Below, piece after piece: positions 24,948 to 35,804 of a stretch of 64,000 nucleotides of DNA (position 1 is its first letter; every line of letters starts with the position of its first letter). Source of the stretch: Selaginella moellendorffii (Eukaryota; Plantae; Lycopodiophyta); assembly GCF_000143415.4 (NCBI RefSeq), contig NW_003314306.1:337087-401086 (forward strand), written 5' to 3'. Made by a program: the position numbers and the translations under genes. Below the pieces are notes generated by a model. It did no database searches. It was not told the origin of the DNA and saw nothing but the letters and a program-made list of their open reading frames with translations.

Positions 24948-25234
24948 CTTGGATCATCTTTTTCTTTGTGGAACAACAATAAGATAGATTCCGTACGGCT
25001 TTACTTGAAGAGATTGAAAAAGGTGGCATGGTAATTCTTATTGCCTGGCACTATACTTTTAAAGTTTGCCTTCCCTAATATTAGTTTCTGTTAAATTTTG
25101 TAGCGAGGCTATCTTGATCTATGTGTGAGAAATCCATTTAAGTTTTGTTTTTGGTTTCTCAAGACTTGGATTATCTTTTTCTTTGTGGAAGATAGATTGA
25201 TCGAGATGCTTGGATCATCTTTTTCTTTGTGGAA
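24948..25234 (+). repeat. Three copies of a 26-bp motif downstream of the dirigent stop codon
   Basis: cttggatcatctttttctttgtggaa at 24948 and 25209; one-mismatch copy at 25165. Confidence 0.85.
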
Positions 25235-25557
25235 AAATTGATGGTGGCGTACACAAATAAGAAGAAGAGATTCCCCTGCCTTACTTTATTCGAAAGAGTG
25301 ATTGAGTTGACCATTCTAAAGTTTCTCTTCTCGGATTTTTAGAGTTCTTCACGAATAGTTCTTACGTTAGACCCTTTTCTTGCTACTTACGAAAACCCTA
25401 AAATTAGCTTTAATCGTTGTCGAGGGATATGCTTGGCCTAAATGCCACTTCATCGGTTCTTCTTTAAGCCCTAAACTCCTGTGCTAGGGAGGGGAGAAAG
25501 AGCTTGCGGCGAGGTATGTGATCTTAGAGCAGCGAGGAGGATTTTCTGGAGAGGATC

Positions 25558-27401
25558 ATGGCGGAGGAGGAGGCTTTCAGTGACGCGCTCGCCTTCCCGG
25601 ATGAGCCCCGCAAAGAGATGAGTAGCGGGCGGAATGGGAGCTTGAGGAACAGGAAGAAATGCAAGGATCGTTCGCTGGACTGGCAACGCGAGGAAGAAGC
25701 TGCTCTAGAAAAGGGGGAAAACGGGAGCCATAGCCTTACAGGAGAAGAGGATAGTCACTCAGAGATAAGCGAAATCGAGCAGGCTTCCGACGATGAAATC
25801 GTCCAGCCAGAGCGAGATTCACGACGAGAAAGCTTGGACGGGATCGGCGAGGTCGAGCAAGTTCCCAGGCATGACACCGACGAGACGAGCTCCACAGAGA
25901 CATTAGATGAAGTTGATGGAGGAGAAAGCCACCACCCCGAGGTGAGCTTAGAACCGAGCGAAAGAGACGCGCTCGAGCAGGTTGACACGGACGAAACGAG
26001 CTTCACAGATCGACTAAGAGCTCTTCGTCAAGCTGGAAGTGACCACCAGTCGGAGATAACCGCAGAAGTGATTGGAAGCGAAGAACTCGAGCAAGTTTCC
26101 AAGCGCGACGCCGGGATTTTTTACGACGTTATCCGGCCAGTTTTCATGGATTCAGCAGAAGAAGCTGGCGAGAAGCCTCAAGCAGCGAGGCGAGAAGTTT
26201 ACAAGATGCCGGACAGTGTCGAGAATGGCAACGAGAGCAGTCTCATCTTCTGGCCAGCGAATTTCATCGTCCTTGCCGTGGCCTGGCAGCTCAAGGTCAT
26301 CTTCCTTGCGTGCACCACCGCCGTCTCCACCCTCGGGTTGCTCTACGCCTTCGTCCTCGACCCGGTACAAATGACCAGCGCTGCGGGAAAGAACCTCTCG
26401 GAGCTTTTCAACTCTCGCGTCAAGCCACTCGCGTCGGACTTTGCTCCACGGCTCGCCAGCTTCGTCCAGAGATTTGGATGGGGAGTTTTAGCAGTGACTT
26501 ACGCGCTGCTCATGCTCGCCTTCCTCGTCCTGCCCGTGCTGCTCGTCGAGTACTTCTACGTGACCAAGTTCGTGGAGGTACCTCTCGACGTCAAGGCTCC
26601 GCTCTACTTCAACTACACCGAGGCTCGCCCCAGCGCATACTTTAGATTCATCTCCGAGGCCGGGACTGGCGAAGAGCTTTCACGGTGGCCGCCAGCATTC
26701 TCCTGGGATAAGCTCCGCGTCGGGGTGTCGTTAACTCTCCCTGAGTCAGATTATAACCGGCAACTTGGGATGTTTCAGGTGAGAGCTCACTCTCTTTTCT
26801 TCCTTGCTTTGCTTGCATTTTCTTTCTTCGACTTCAAGCATGTCCTTTTTCCGTGAAGGTGGCAGCGGAGATACTGTCAGCGCGGAACGAAGTCGTCGTC
26901 AGATCCAGTCGCCCGTGCATGCTCCGATTTCAAAGCGTCCCGATACGCTACGCAAGGACGCTCATCTACTCAGTGCCGGTCCTTCTCGACGTGGCCGGGG
27001 AGTACCAAGTCCTGCAGCTGGAAATGATAAACCTGAGACGACCGCGCGCGAGTCCCGTGCACGTCGCCAGCGTGAAAGTTTTGCTGGAGCCGAGAGCTGG
27101 ATTCGGGCCAGGATCTGGTCTTCCGGAACTTTACGTGTCGGAGATCCAGATCCGTGCCGACCTGCCGTGGAAAAAGTCGCTGGTTTACAAGTGGAGGAGG
27201 ACACTCTACGTGTGGAGCGCGACGGTGCTGTTCGTGACCGAGCTTGGCATCGTCCTGTGCTGCTTCCGCCAGCTGCTCATCCCGAAGAAAACGAGGCAGC
27301 GGCAACTCCAGCACAACAATTCTTCGGATCCCCCCTCCACTACAGCGTCCCGAAGAGCGAGAAGTCAAGTGAAGAAGCGCGTTTCGTTCCAGGAAAACTA
27401 G
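25558..27401 (+). CDS. SEIPIN: Seipin (lipid droplet biogenesis), long acidic N-terminus like SEIPIN2/3; exons 25558-26778 and 26859-27401
   Basis: PLYFNYT, LTLPESDYNRQLGMFQ|VAAEILS, SSRPCMLRFQSVPIR, LPELY and a C-terminal TM helix. FFAT-like EEEAFSDA at the N-terminus. Confidence 0.93.
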
Positions 27402-28815
27402 ACCAGGTATGGTTTCGTCTTAAACTTCTCTTTTCTTACACTTATTTTCCAGCTTTGTATGACACGATCAGGTGATATACAATCTTTCTCTCGGGTCTGC
27501 CTTATAGTAGGACCGGTCACGAGCAACGATCGGTACGTTTTTTTATATGCTACGAGAGGGAAAATTTATACCATTGAAGAAGCGAGAGAGATGCGGGAGC
27601 ATCGACGTCAGGATGCATTTACGAGGGTGATGCTGATGTCTGGAGATCACAAAGAGCAAAAACACGGAGAGGCGAAAAAAAAATGGGCGAAACAACGATC
27701 TCGCCATGGACTTTGTGAGTGATTACTTCCATTCATTCCACTTTTGTTCTAACTCTCTCTGTTCTTCCACTCCAGGAACGCGAAAGTAGGAGACCCAGCA
27801 CCGAAAGAAAGGAAAAACTTCGCGATCAGTTACAACCGCATCCCCTTAAGTCGTCTGCAAGCTCTGGACAAATTCTGGGTGGTCTTGGCGGGATTTGCAG
27901 CATTTCCTTTCGCTCATCCTGGCCGTCGAATCCATCCGACGGCAGCCAGCCGAGCACACTTGTCCTATAGAGAAGGTGCTGTAAGGTTTTTTTTGTTTTT
28001 TTTTTTTGGTCCTTGTGAATTTTATTTTTTTTTTGTGTTTACGTGCTTGCTCTGCAGACATGGTTGGTGCCATTGCTGCCTAGCAAGTTGTTCGCCGGTC
28101 ACCTCAAGAACAGGCTTTTGCTCGCTCCTTTTCTCGGCTCTTCCAACTTTTTTCTAAGTGGAAGAGCACTTTGATCCGGAAGCGCCAGTAATCTAATCGC
28201 TAGCTCCAATGCTGCCACGGAGTTTTCTATCAATCCATCGCGAGAGGGGTGTGTTTGGCGCTTTCGATAGCTCACGTCTGGCTAGCCAAGGAGCGCGAGT
28301 TTTTTTTGGAGATCATGGATAGAATTCACAAAGAGTGTTATTTACCTGTGGAATGGAGAGTACAAATTTTTCTTTTCTTTACACGAGAGCGAGGAGGAGA
28401 AACACAAATGCTGCACGCTCGAGAGAATCGAGAGTGTTATTTGGAGGGCGCTATCCTCTGATCGAGAGAACCAAGCGATAGAACCAAAAAGAAAACGTTG
28501 GGAAGAACTACAACGAGAAAACGAGAAAAGGGGAAAAAACTGCTCACAACTTCCACAAACCTGGGGAAAATGCTGCCTCGCCTACAAACAATCTTATGGA
28601 GGAATCGAGATCGCCAAATGGAAGGAGGAGGAAGGAATCCAGCGGAAAGAAAGAAAGAAGTCCAAGGAAGAACGACGAAGAACTCTTCTCCTCCCCGCTT
28701 TTGTGCTGCTGCTACTTATACTAGACCAGTGAAAAAGAATAAAAATCCCTCCTTTCGCTCCAATCCACCCCTCCCCATTCCATTTGGGCGATTCCCTCTT
28801 CTCCCATGCTCCAAT

Positions 28816-29055
28816 CTAGTAGGTCTTGTATGGATCCTCTGCGAGGAGCTGCCTGGTGGTGGCATCCATCTTCAATCCCAGATCCATGACGTGCTGCTGC
28901 TCCGCGAGGGAGAGATCATCCATCTCCATCGCCGAAGACATGGCCCCTGCTCCAATTCGTGCTCCCTGCGCTGCCATGGGCATCGCCGCCGCGATGACAA
29001 TGCCAATCAGCAGCACCAGCGCTGAGATCTTCCTGAGAATCGCCTGCAATGCCAT
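28816..29055 (-). CDS. Small secreted peptide precursor (79 aa), uncharacterised
   Basis: MALQAILRKISALVLLIGIVIAAAMPMAAQG/AR signal peptide, acidic pro-region, C-terminal MDATTRQLLAEDPYKTY*. GC-rich coding style, GA-repeat leader and TATA-like ATAAATA about 110 bp upstream. Confidence 0.75.
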   Translation of the reverse strand: MALQAILRKISALVLLIGIVIAAAMPMAAQGARIGAGAMSSAMEMDDLSLAEQQHVMDLGLKMDATTRQLLAEDPYKTY

Positions 29056-29995
29056 CGCGCCGAAGAGATTTCGCTGCGGGCTGGAAAGAAATTCTTCCCT
29101 CACTCTCTCGCACAGAGCTCTCTCTCTCTCTCCCTGGCGAAATAGGGTAAGCCCAGGGCCGGGTATTTATCTTCTGCAATTACTCCACGTCGAAGAAATT
29201 ACCCAGTCCCTCCCTGGGCCGGGGATTTTCTTCACACACGCTGAGACACGCTCTTTGTTTTTACGTGGGGTAAGTCGCGAAGTCCCGCCATTGGGCCAGC
29301 TGTCAAAGTCTCCTACTGTAACGTAGTTATATGTGTAACTACCATTTTAGGTCATCTTTTACGTTACATTCTACGGAATATTTCCCTGCATGACGACGGC
29401 TGATCTCAGCCGTGGGTTCCTTAGCGTACGGCAGGCGTACGAAGGGGATATTCTTGGGGCATATGCTGATCCCACGGCGGTCGCTGTGATGGAGATGGTT
29501 GTTGCGCCGGCTACGTGCCACGATGGGAACGACGCAACAACGCAAAGTTTTAATTTTTGTGCGACAACGCGTCTATTTTTTTTTTTGGTACTTAGTTCTT
29601 TTCTATTTGGAGTTCTTTTCTTTGGGTTTTTATTCGCTACAACGTGTTTCCAATGGGGACAGCAATGCTTAACTTCAGTGTTTATGGACGAGCTTGGGAA
29701 TTCTGTGTTGGCCTTTTCCTGGAGGGTTGGGCCTTGTCTATAATGAGTGATTTCTTTGGTTGAGACGTGTGTTTGGAGACCTGGCGGTGGTACAAGGAAC
29801 CCTAAAAAATTCCTGGATCTTGGAGCTTTCTAGAAACTTTTGGATGGACCAATTCAAAGCTCTCCCCTTTTCTTAATTCGTAGAAACCCTAATAGGAGGA
29901 ACCCTAAAGCTAGCATTTGCATTTTTCCTATCCTACATTTGATCAGGCTCTCTGCAGGGAATGTCATGAGCTACCATCGATCAATCAACCCTCGG

Positions 29996-30389
29996 TCAGT
30001 ACTGGAGGAACATCCACTTCAAGAGAATGCCTGTCGAAAAGCTCAAAGAACAACCAACCGATCGATCTCTCGATCGCGAGAAAAGCGAGAAAAAGCTAAC
30101 CTTCCCAGCGCGTCGCCTCGGAGCTCACCGCGATCCCGGTCACCAGTCGCGCCGCCGCCGTGGCGCTGTGCTTGGGCACCATGGACGAAATCCCCCTGTG
30201 GATCCTGGAAACAAAATCTCCTTTGTGCTCGATCGATCGAATCCATGCACTGGAAATTCACCTGATCCTGGCGCTCGCCTGCCCCTCCGGCGATGGGATC
30301 GCGATCGATCGCCGCAGTGGCCGCGCGCCTGGAATCCCGAGCTGGGGAAGCCTCCTCAATTCTAGCCGCCTCATCACTCTTGCCGCCAT
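29996..30389 (-). CDS. NFD6/NOXY2-like small mitochondrial protein, paralog A (exons 30389-30262, 30204-30101, 30030-29996)
   Basis: MAARVMRRLELRRLPQLG...ASARIR|IHRGISSMVPKHSATAAARLVTGIAVSSEATRWE|GILLKWMFLQY*. Fits the family motif S[LM]xPxHSAxAxARL with an Arg-rich presequence. Confidence 0.78.
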
Positions 30390-30412
30390 CGCTTTTCTTC
30401 TATAGAGCTTAT

Positions 30413-30426
30413 AAACCCTAGGGTTT
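30413..30426. promoter_or_regulatory. Palindromic double telo-box AAACCCTAGGGTTT in a 49-bp divergent intergenic spacer
   Basis: Perfect 14-bp palindrome giving AAACCCTA on both strands, between ATGs at 30389 (-) and 30439 (+). Confidence 0.8.
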
Positions 30427-30438
30427 TAGACTAGGGCT

Positions 30439-30958
30439 ATGGCAGCGGCCAATGTAGGTCGCATGGCGGGGCGCTTCGCCTTCCGCGCTCGCGCTGCCAG
30501 GCCGCAATTCCATCCCAGGTCCTCCGGCGCCCAACCGCAGTACCAGTTCCATCGATCGTTGCCTCGATCGTTCGAAGAAGCTCGAATCAAGACCAGGTAT
30601 ACATTTATTTCTCTTCTGGCATTCTTTCGATCGAATTGCCAGGCTTCGTCGGGAGCTCGTGTCGCTGTTTCCTTTGCACAATGCCACGGCCTCGTCCAGG
30701 CTCGTCTCGCTGATTTCCGGTGGATCCAAGAGCCTAGAATGTAAGGAAAATTCTTTCTTTGTCTTTGTTTGCTATGAAGCTTGCTTGCATTGTTGTTTGT
30801 TTCTTCCCTTCGGATCTGGGGGTGGTCTCTCGCGCTTTCTTGCGGCATTTTTTTTTTTTTTTTTCATGCGCGTTTTCGGGTTGCAGGCATTTTCTTGAAG
30901 TGGGTGTCTCTCGATAATTTCAGGCCGCTGCTACAGTCGAGGGGACGATGATGGCTGA
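30439..30958 (+). CDS. NFD6/NOXY2-like small mitochondrial protein, paralog B (exons 30439-30596, 30643-30740, last exon from 30887 or 30924)
   Basis: MAAANVGRMAGRFAFRARAAR...RIKTR|LRRELVSLFPLHNATASSRLVSLISGGSKSLE| followed by CIFLKWVSLDNFRPLLQSRGR* (stop 30951) or CRCYSRGDDDG* (stop 30958). Confidence 0.82.
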
Positions 30959-32148
30959 GTCTCTCAGAATTTAGCACACTATCCTTGGAGTCCATCGTCC
31001 GTTGTCACAGATGAATCTGTGGCTTTAATTTCCGTGTTTTTTCTTTCCTGTTCTTGTCTTCCCTGAGCTATGATCACCAGCTAGAGGTACCTGTATCAAC
31101 CCAGGTTTTCAGGCAAAACGAATTTTTTCATTTCGTCGAGCTTTTCTAGTGCCTTTGTATTTCCCTGTTTCTGGATGGTGGTTCATGTGTTGTGTTTCTC
31201 TACCCAGGTTGGCTCCAGCACTGCCTAAGGTCTCCGAAAAGCGTAGCGTCAGAACCGTCACGAGAGCAGTGTTTTGAAGCATCAAGGTTCTCTCTTCTTT
31301 TCATTTCGTTGTTCTTTCGCTTCTTTTCCATGGCATGTTTTACTGGTCTCTTCCTGCCAGGTGATGCTATTGAATTCTTGAGGTGCGTGGATAGTCTTCT
31401 TTGCTTGTTGACAAGATTGGCGAGAGTTTATCATCGCGAATAACAAGAGCTTTTTCTTCAGTGTTATCTCTCGGCCAGTCGGCATTAAGTTCCCAGTCAG
31501 AAACGATAAGAGAGGGTGTGGGGTTTAGACGTGTTTTGGCTATGGCTGCGAGATTGGTGGTAGCAGGGCGAGTAGCAGCTCCTCCCGCCCGACTACTTTC
31601 GCCCTCTCCTCGCGTCCATCGAGCTACATTCGTCACAACGTCCCGCTCTTCTGGTGGTTTTCATTTGGAGCAGGATGGATTATCCTCTTCCAGCTCACGG
31701 TCTTCTTGCTTTTCCTCCTTCCAGTTCCTGTTTCTCGGTCTCTCACGAAAAAGCTTGTTTGTCCTTCCAGGTCTGCTGTACCTTTGTCCCCTGTCCCCAA
31801 GAAACGTAATGCTACGAGGATTTCGCTGGGAGCAGCAGTGCTTCGCAACTTTCAAGGTTTTGCTCGCTGTAAATGCCTCGGTGAGGCATTTTAAAGAGTG
31901 TCTAGCTAAAAGTTCGAGTTTTTCTCCAGCAGGATTCGAGCATTTCAGCCGTCTCAAGGATGATGGGTGATGTAGTAAGATTGATTCGTTTCTCATTTAC
32001 TCACTGTGTGCTCTTACAGTTGAGAAGAAGAACAAGAAGCTATGGAGGATGCCAATCTCTTGACTTGTAGCACGGTCACGGTTTGACGAAATTTGAGCTC
32101 TTTTTCTTTTTGTTCTACTGAGGGTTTGATAGGGTTTTGTAGCTTAGG

Positions 32149-34615
32149 AATGCAGAGGATTTCCAGTCCAGACGTAAGGAGCTCCCAACAGCGCACGCTC
32201 GAGAGACTGGAAAAAGCCAAGAGGATTTTCATTCTGGTGTCCGAATTGAAGGCTTGCAGCAGCTCTAAGGACTTGGACAGAGGTAGGAAAATCCATGCCC
32301 GAGCTGTAGCAACTGGAGAGAGCTCCAACATCTACGCAGCGACAACTCTCATCAACATGTACTGCAAATGTGGAAGCCTGGTGGACGCTCGCAGCGTGTT
32401 TGACAGAATGCCACTTTGCAACGCCGTGGCATGGACTGCTCTCATGCTGGGTTATGCGGAGAACAGCTTGGAGGAACAGGCCTTGGAACTCTTCTCCGCT
32501 ATGCAGTCGCGGACATTTAGCTGCGTCCCTGACTCGCGCACCTTCGTGGTGGCTCTCAAGGCGTGTGTTGGACTGGCAACGAAGGAAGCTGTCCAGGACA
32601 TCAACGGGAAGCTTGTGAAGATGAAGTCACTGGAGAAAGGAATGGCTGTTCACCACCAAGCCGTAAGAGTATTACAGGGAGCTTTAGCTATAGCACAAGA
32701 TATCTACCTGGGAAGTGCGCTCGTCAACTTTTACGCAAGATGTGGGGACTTGAGCAGCGCTAGCAGAGTTTTCGACGAGATGTCGAGCCGGAATGCTGTC
32801 GCCTGGAACGCTCTGATGCTCGGGTATACGGAGAGTGGCGATTCGGAGCGGGCTTTGGAGCTGCTGGAACGGATGCTGGGCGAGGGTTGCACTCCCAACG
32901 CCAGGAACTTCGTGGCGGCGTTGAAGGCCTGCTCGAGTTTGGCCGGGGACGAGGCTGGCAGCAAAGTCGATGGGAAACTCGTCAAGGTGGTGTGCTTGGA
33001 AAAAGGCGTGGCCGTGCACTCGCAGGCCGTCAAGTATGGCTGCGAGGCGGACATCTTCGTCGGGAGCACGCTGGTGGACGTCTACTCCAAGTGTGGAAGC
33101 CTCCTCGACTCTTGGAGAGCTTTCGAGCGAATGCCGAGGCGGAACGCGGTGTCGTGGAACTCACTGATGCTGGGGTATGCCGAGAACGGGGAGCCGGAAG
33201 CAGCACTCGATTTGTTTGTCCGCATGGCCAACGAAGAAGACGAAGCTAGTCCAGACGATCGAAGCTACGTTGCCGCGCTCAAAGCCTGCGTTATTCTGGC
33301 AGCCAAGGAAGAGGAAGGCCGCGGAGAGAAGCTGGTGAAGGTGGCAGCGCTCGAGAAAGGGATGGCTATTCACGCTCGAGCTGCGAGTAAGCACTTCGAA
33401 CGGGATATCTTCGTCGCCAACATGCTCGTGGACATGTACTTCAAGTGTGGAAGTATGGCGGACGCTTCCCGAGTCTTCGGCAGGATAGAGAATCCGACAG
33501 TGGTTTCCTGGACGTCGTTGATACTGGGATACATCGACAACGGCGAAGGAGCTCTGGCTCTCAGGCTCTTCGATCAGATGCAAGCTCGGGGTTGCCGGCC
33601 GAGTGCTCAGACTTTCGTGGCCGCGATGAGAGCTTGCACTTGCGAGGCTTCGAAAGAAGGTGGCGATGGGAAGCTTGTCAAGAAGAAACAGTGGCTGCAG
33701 CGCGGGATGGCCGTCCACGATCAGGCAGTAAAGCGGGGACTGGAATCCAACATCTTCGTGGCAAGCGCAGCGGTGGATCTCTGCTCCAAGTGTGGCAGCA
33801 TGGACAACGCCCGGAAGATCTTCGAGCAAAGTCCCTCGAGCCACGGTTTGGCCTCGTGGAACGCACTGATGCTCGGCTACGTGGAGAACGGCGACGCAGC
33901 ATCGGCACTCGGCTTGTTCTCGCGGCTCCAGCGGCAGAAAAACTCGTGGAGCTCGTCACCCAACGCTAGAACTTACGCTGCTGCGCTCAAGGCCTGTGGA
34001 GCTCTCGGTCTTCTCAGCTCAACCAAGCTCGTCCACGCGGAGATCTGCCGCTGCGGAGCCTCGTCCGACGCAGTGCTGGCCAACTCGCTCGTCGACGCCT
34101 ACGGCAAGTGCGGCGGCCTCGACCACGCGCAGCAAGCTTTCGACTCCATCGCCAGCCCGGACGCCATCACCTGGAACGCGCTCATCACGTCTTACAGCTC
34201 CCAGGGAGACACCAACCGAGTTTTCCAGCTCCTGGGCGAGATGCTAGGCCGGGGATGGGAGCCGAGCGCCGTGACTTACACCTCGCTGCTCATCGCGTGT
34301 AGCCGCGGGGGTCTGGTGGATCGGTGTTGGAAGTTCTTCCGGGAGATGGAGTCCAAGCACGGGGTGGCTCCTCGCATCGAGCACTACCACTGCGTGATGG
34401 ACACACTGGGGCGAGCCAACCGGGTGGAGGAGGCGGTGAGGCTGGCGGAGGAGATGCCGTTTGAGCCGAGTGGAGTGACTTGGACGACGGTGTTGAGCGC
34501 TTGCGAGAGCGTGGAGGCCGGGAGGGGCGCGTTTGGATCGTTGCTCGGGATGGAGGAGGCGGACAGGAAGGCTGGCTGCGCTCTCATGTCCAACTTGTGT
34601 AGTAGTAAAATCTAA
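32149..34615 (+). CDS. PLS-class pentatricopeptide repeat protein with degenerate E region and no DYW; may have upstream exons starting at ATG 31542
   Basis: Repeated S-P-L triplets (e.g. NIYAATTLINMYCKCGSLVDARSVFDRMP / NAVAWTALMLGYAENSLEEQALELFSAM); end motifs HYHCVMDTLGRAN...MPFEPSGVTWTTVLSAC. True start uncertain; 31542 begins a transit-peptide-like MAARLVVAGRVAAPPARLLSPS. Confidence 0.9.
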
Positions 34616-34740
34616 GTCACACGTCCTTTTAAATAGCTGATAACTAAAAGCTTTTCACTCTCTGAAGCTCGTATCGTTTAATGGTAGCAATATAATAATT
34701 TTTTTAAATGTAGAATTGTGTAGTTATAAGATTAAAAGAA

Positions 34741-34810
34741 GTGGTCTTCATCCAGTTGGTAGAGGTACAATCAGCAAAAACCATGAGACCTAAAATTTGA
34801 TAAAGCTCAT
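34741..34810 (+). mobile_element. Possible decayed tRNA-derived SINE or tRNA pseudogene
   Basis: ggtcttcatccagttggtagag resembles a box A/D-arm; gagacctaaaatttgat is a weak box B about 30 nt downstream; no cloverleaf. Confidence 0.25.
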
Positions 34811-34829
34811 CACGGATATGTTAGTCCAG

Positions 34830-35727
34830 TAACTTCAAGACTTGGGCTTTTTCTTTGCAGGAGGTTCTTCTTCCACCATCGTCTTCTTAGCAGCCTCAAT
34901 CCATCGCAAGGCACCACCCGAGAGGCGCCAGTGGCGCTCGTGCTTCAAAATCCACAGGACTCAAATCCCAGGCCTTCCAAACGCCATCTTCATCGCCCGG
35001 GCTTCCATCACCTCTGCCTCCATCGCATCCCTGTAGCTGTGGCCTCTGCGCCCCCTTTAATGGTGCCATGCAAGAGTTCGGCGTCCGCTCGCTTCAACAC
35101 AGAGCTCACTCCTGGGAAAGAAGTTATGCAGCACGGCTCCTTGTCCACGGGGGAGCACGGCAGCAAGAAGTACTGGAATGATCTGAGCAGCTTTGGCTTT
35201 TCTGTCTTCGTCTTAAAGTCCAGAGGATCCCAGCACTAGATGAAGTCGTGGCACGCATCAGCGCAAAGTCGCAGCCCTCGTCCCTGGATATGTTTTTCAG
35301 ATTGTACCGTGGCTTGTCTGCCATATCGAAGTGCTCTGGTCGGACAAAATCTCCATTCAGGCACCGGGTACACGACTTGGTCACACGAGCAGATGTAAGG
35401 AAGAAGTGGGGGCTGAGTGCTATGCCACTGCCAAAGCTAACGATCCCACTCTCATGTGTTGCACGAATGGCCTCCTTGAGTATAGCTGGTTTTCCATACA
35501 CTGAGCTGCCCAATCTGGGTGGATCACCCGCTGGGAAGATAACCGTGCCCGATTCAAAGTCGACGCCCAGAATTCTATTGAACTTACCTTTCCTAGATGG
35601 ATCTGTCTCCTTGACCGCTAAAGTTTCTAAAACCTTCTCTTGAAGTTTTGCCTGTTCTCGGCCAATAGCCGAATCTATAGGTGCATAGTAAATAACATAA
35701 GGCTCCCCACGAACAAGGCTCTTCCAT
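34830..35727 (-). pseudogene. Trypsin-like (Trypsin_2-type) peptidase relic, copy 1
   Basis: GSGIALSPHFFLTSARV and DEGCDFALMR motifs. TATAAAAG and tagggtttg precede the ATG at 35727. Frameshifts; catalytic-Ser region apparently deleted. 3' part is homologous to 43085-43250. Confidence 0.6.
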
Positions 35728-35804
35728 AACAAACCCTAGCAGGAATTAGACCTTCCTTTTATAGCTGTGTGCGGGTAAAGGTTTACCTCCTTAACCAGCC
35801 CATT

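Noticed and set aside
24948-25234. CRISPR-like reading of the 26-bp repeats
   Set aside because: Eukaryotic context, irregular spacing, no cas genes
28700-28815. Read-through of the peptide gene into a RALF cysteine domain
   Set aside because: The sequence past the stop has no RALF-like Cys pattern and there is no splice donor before the stop
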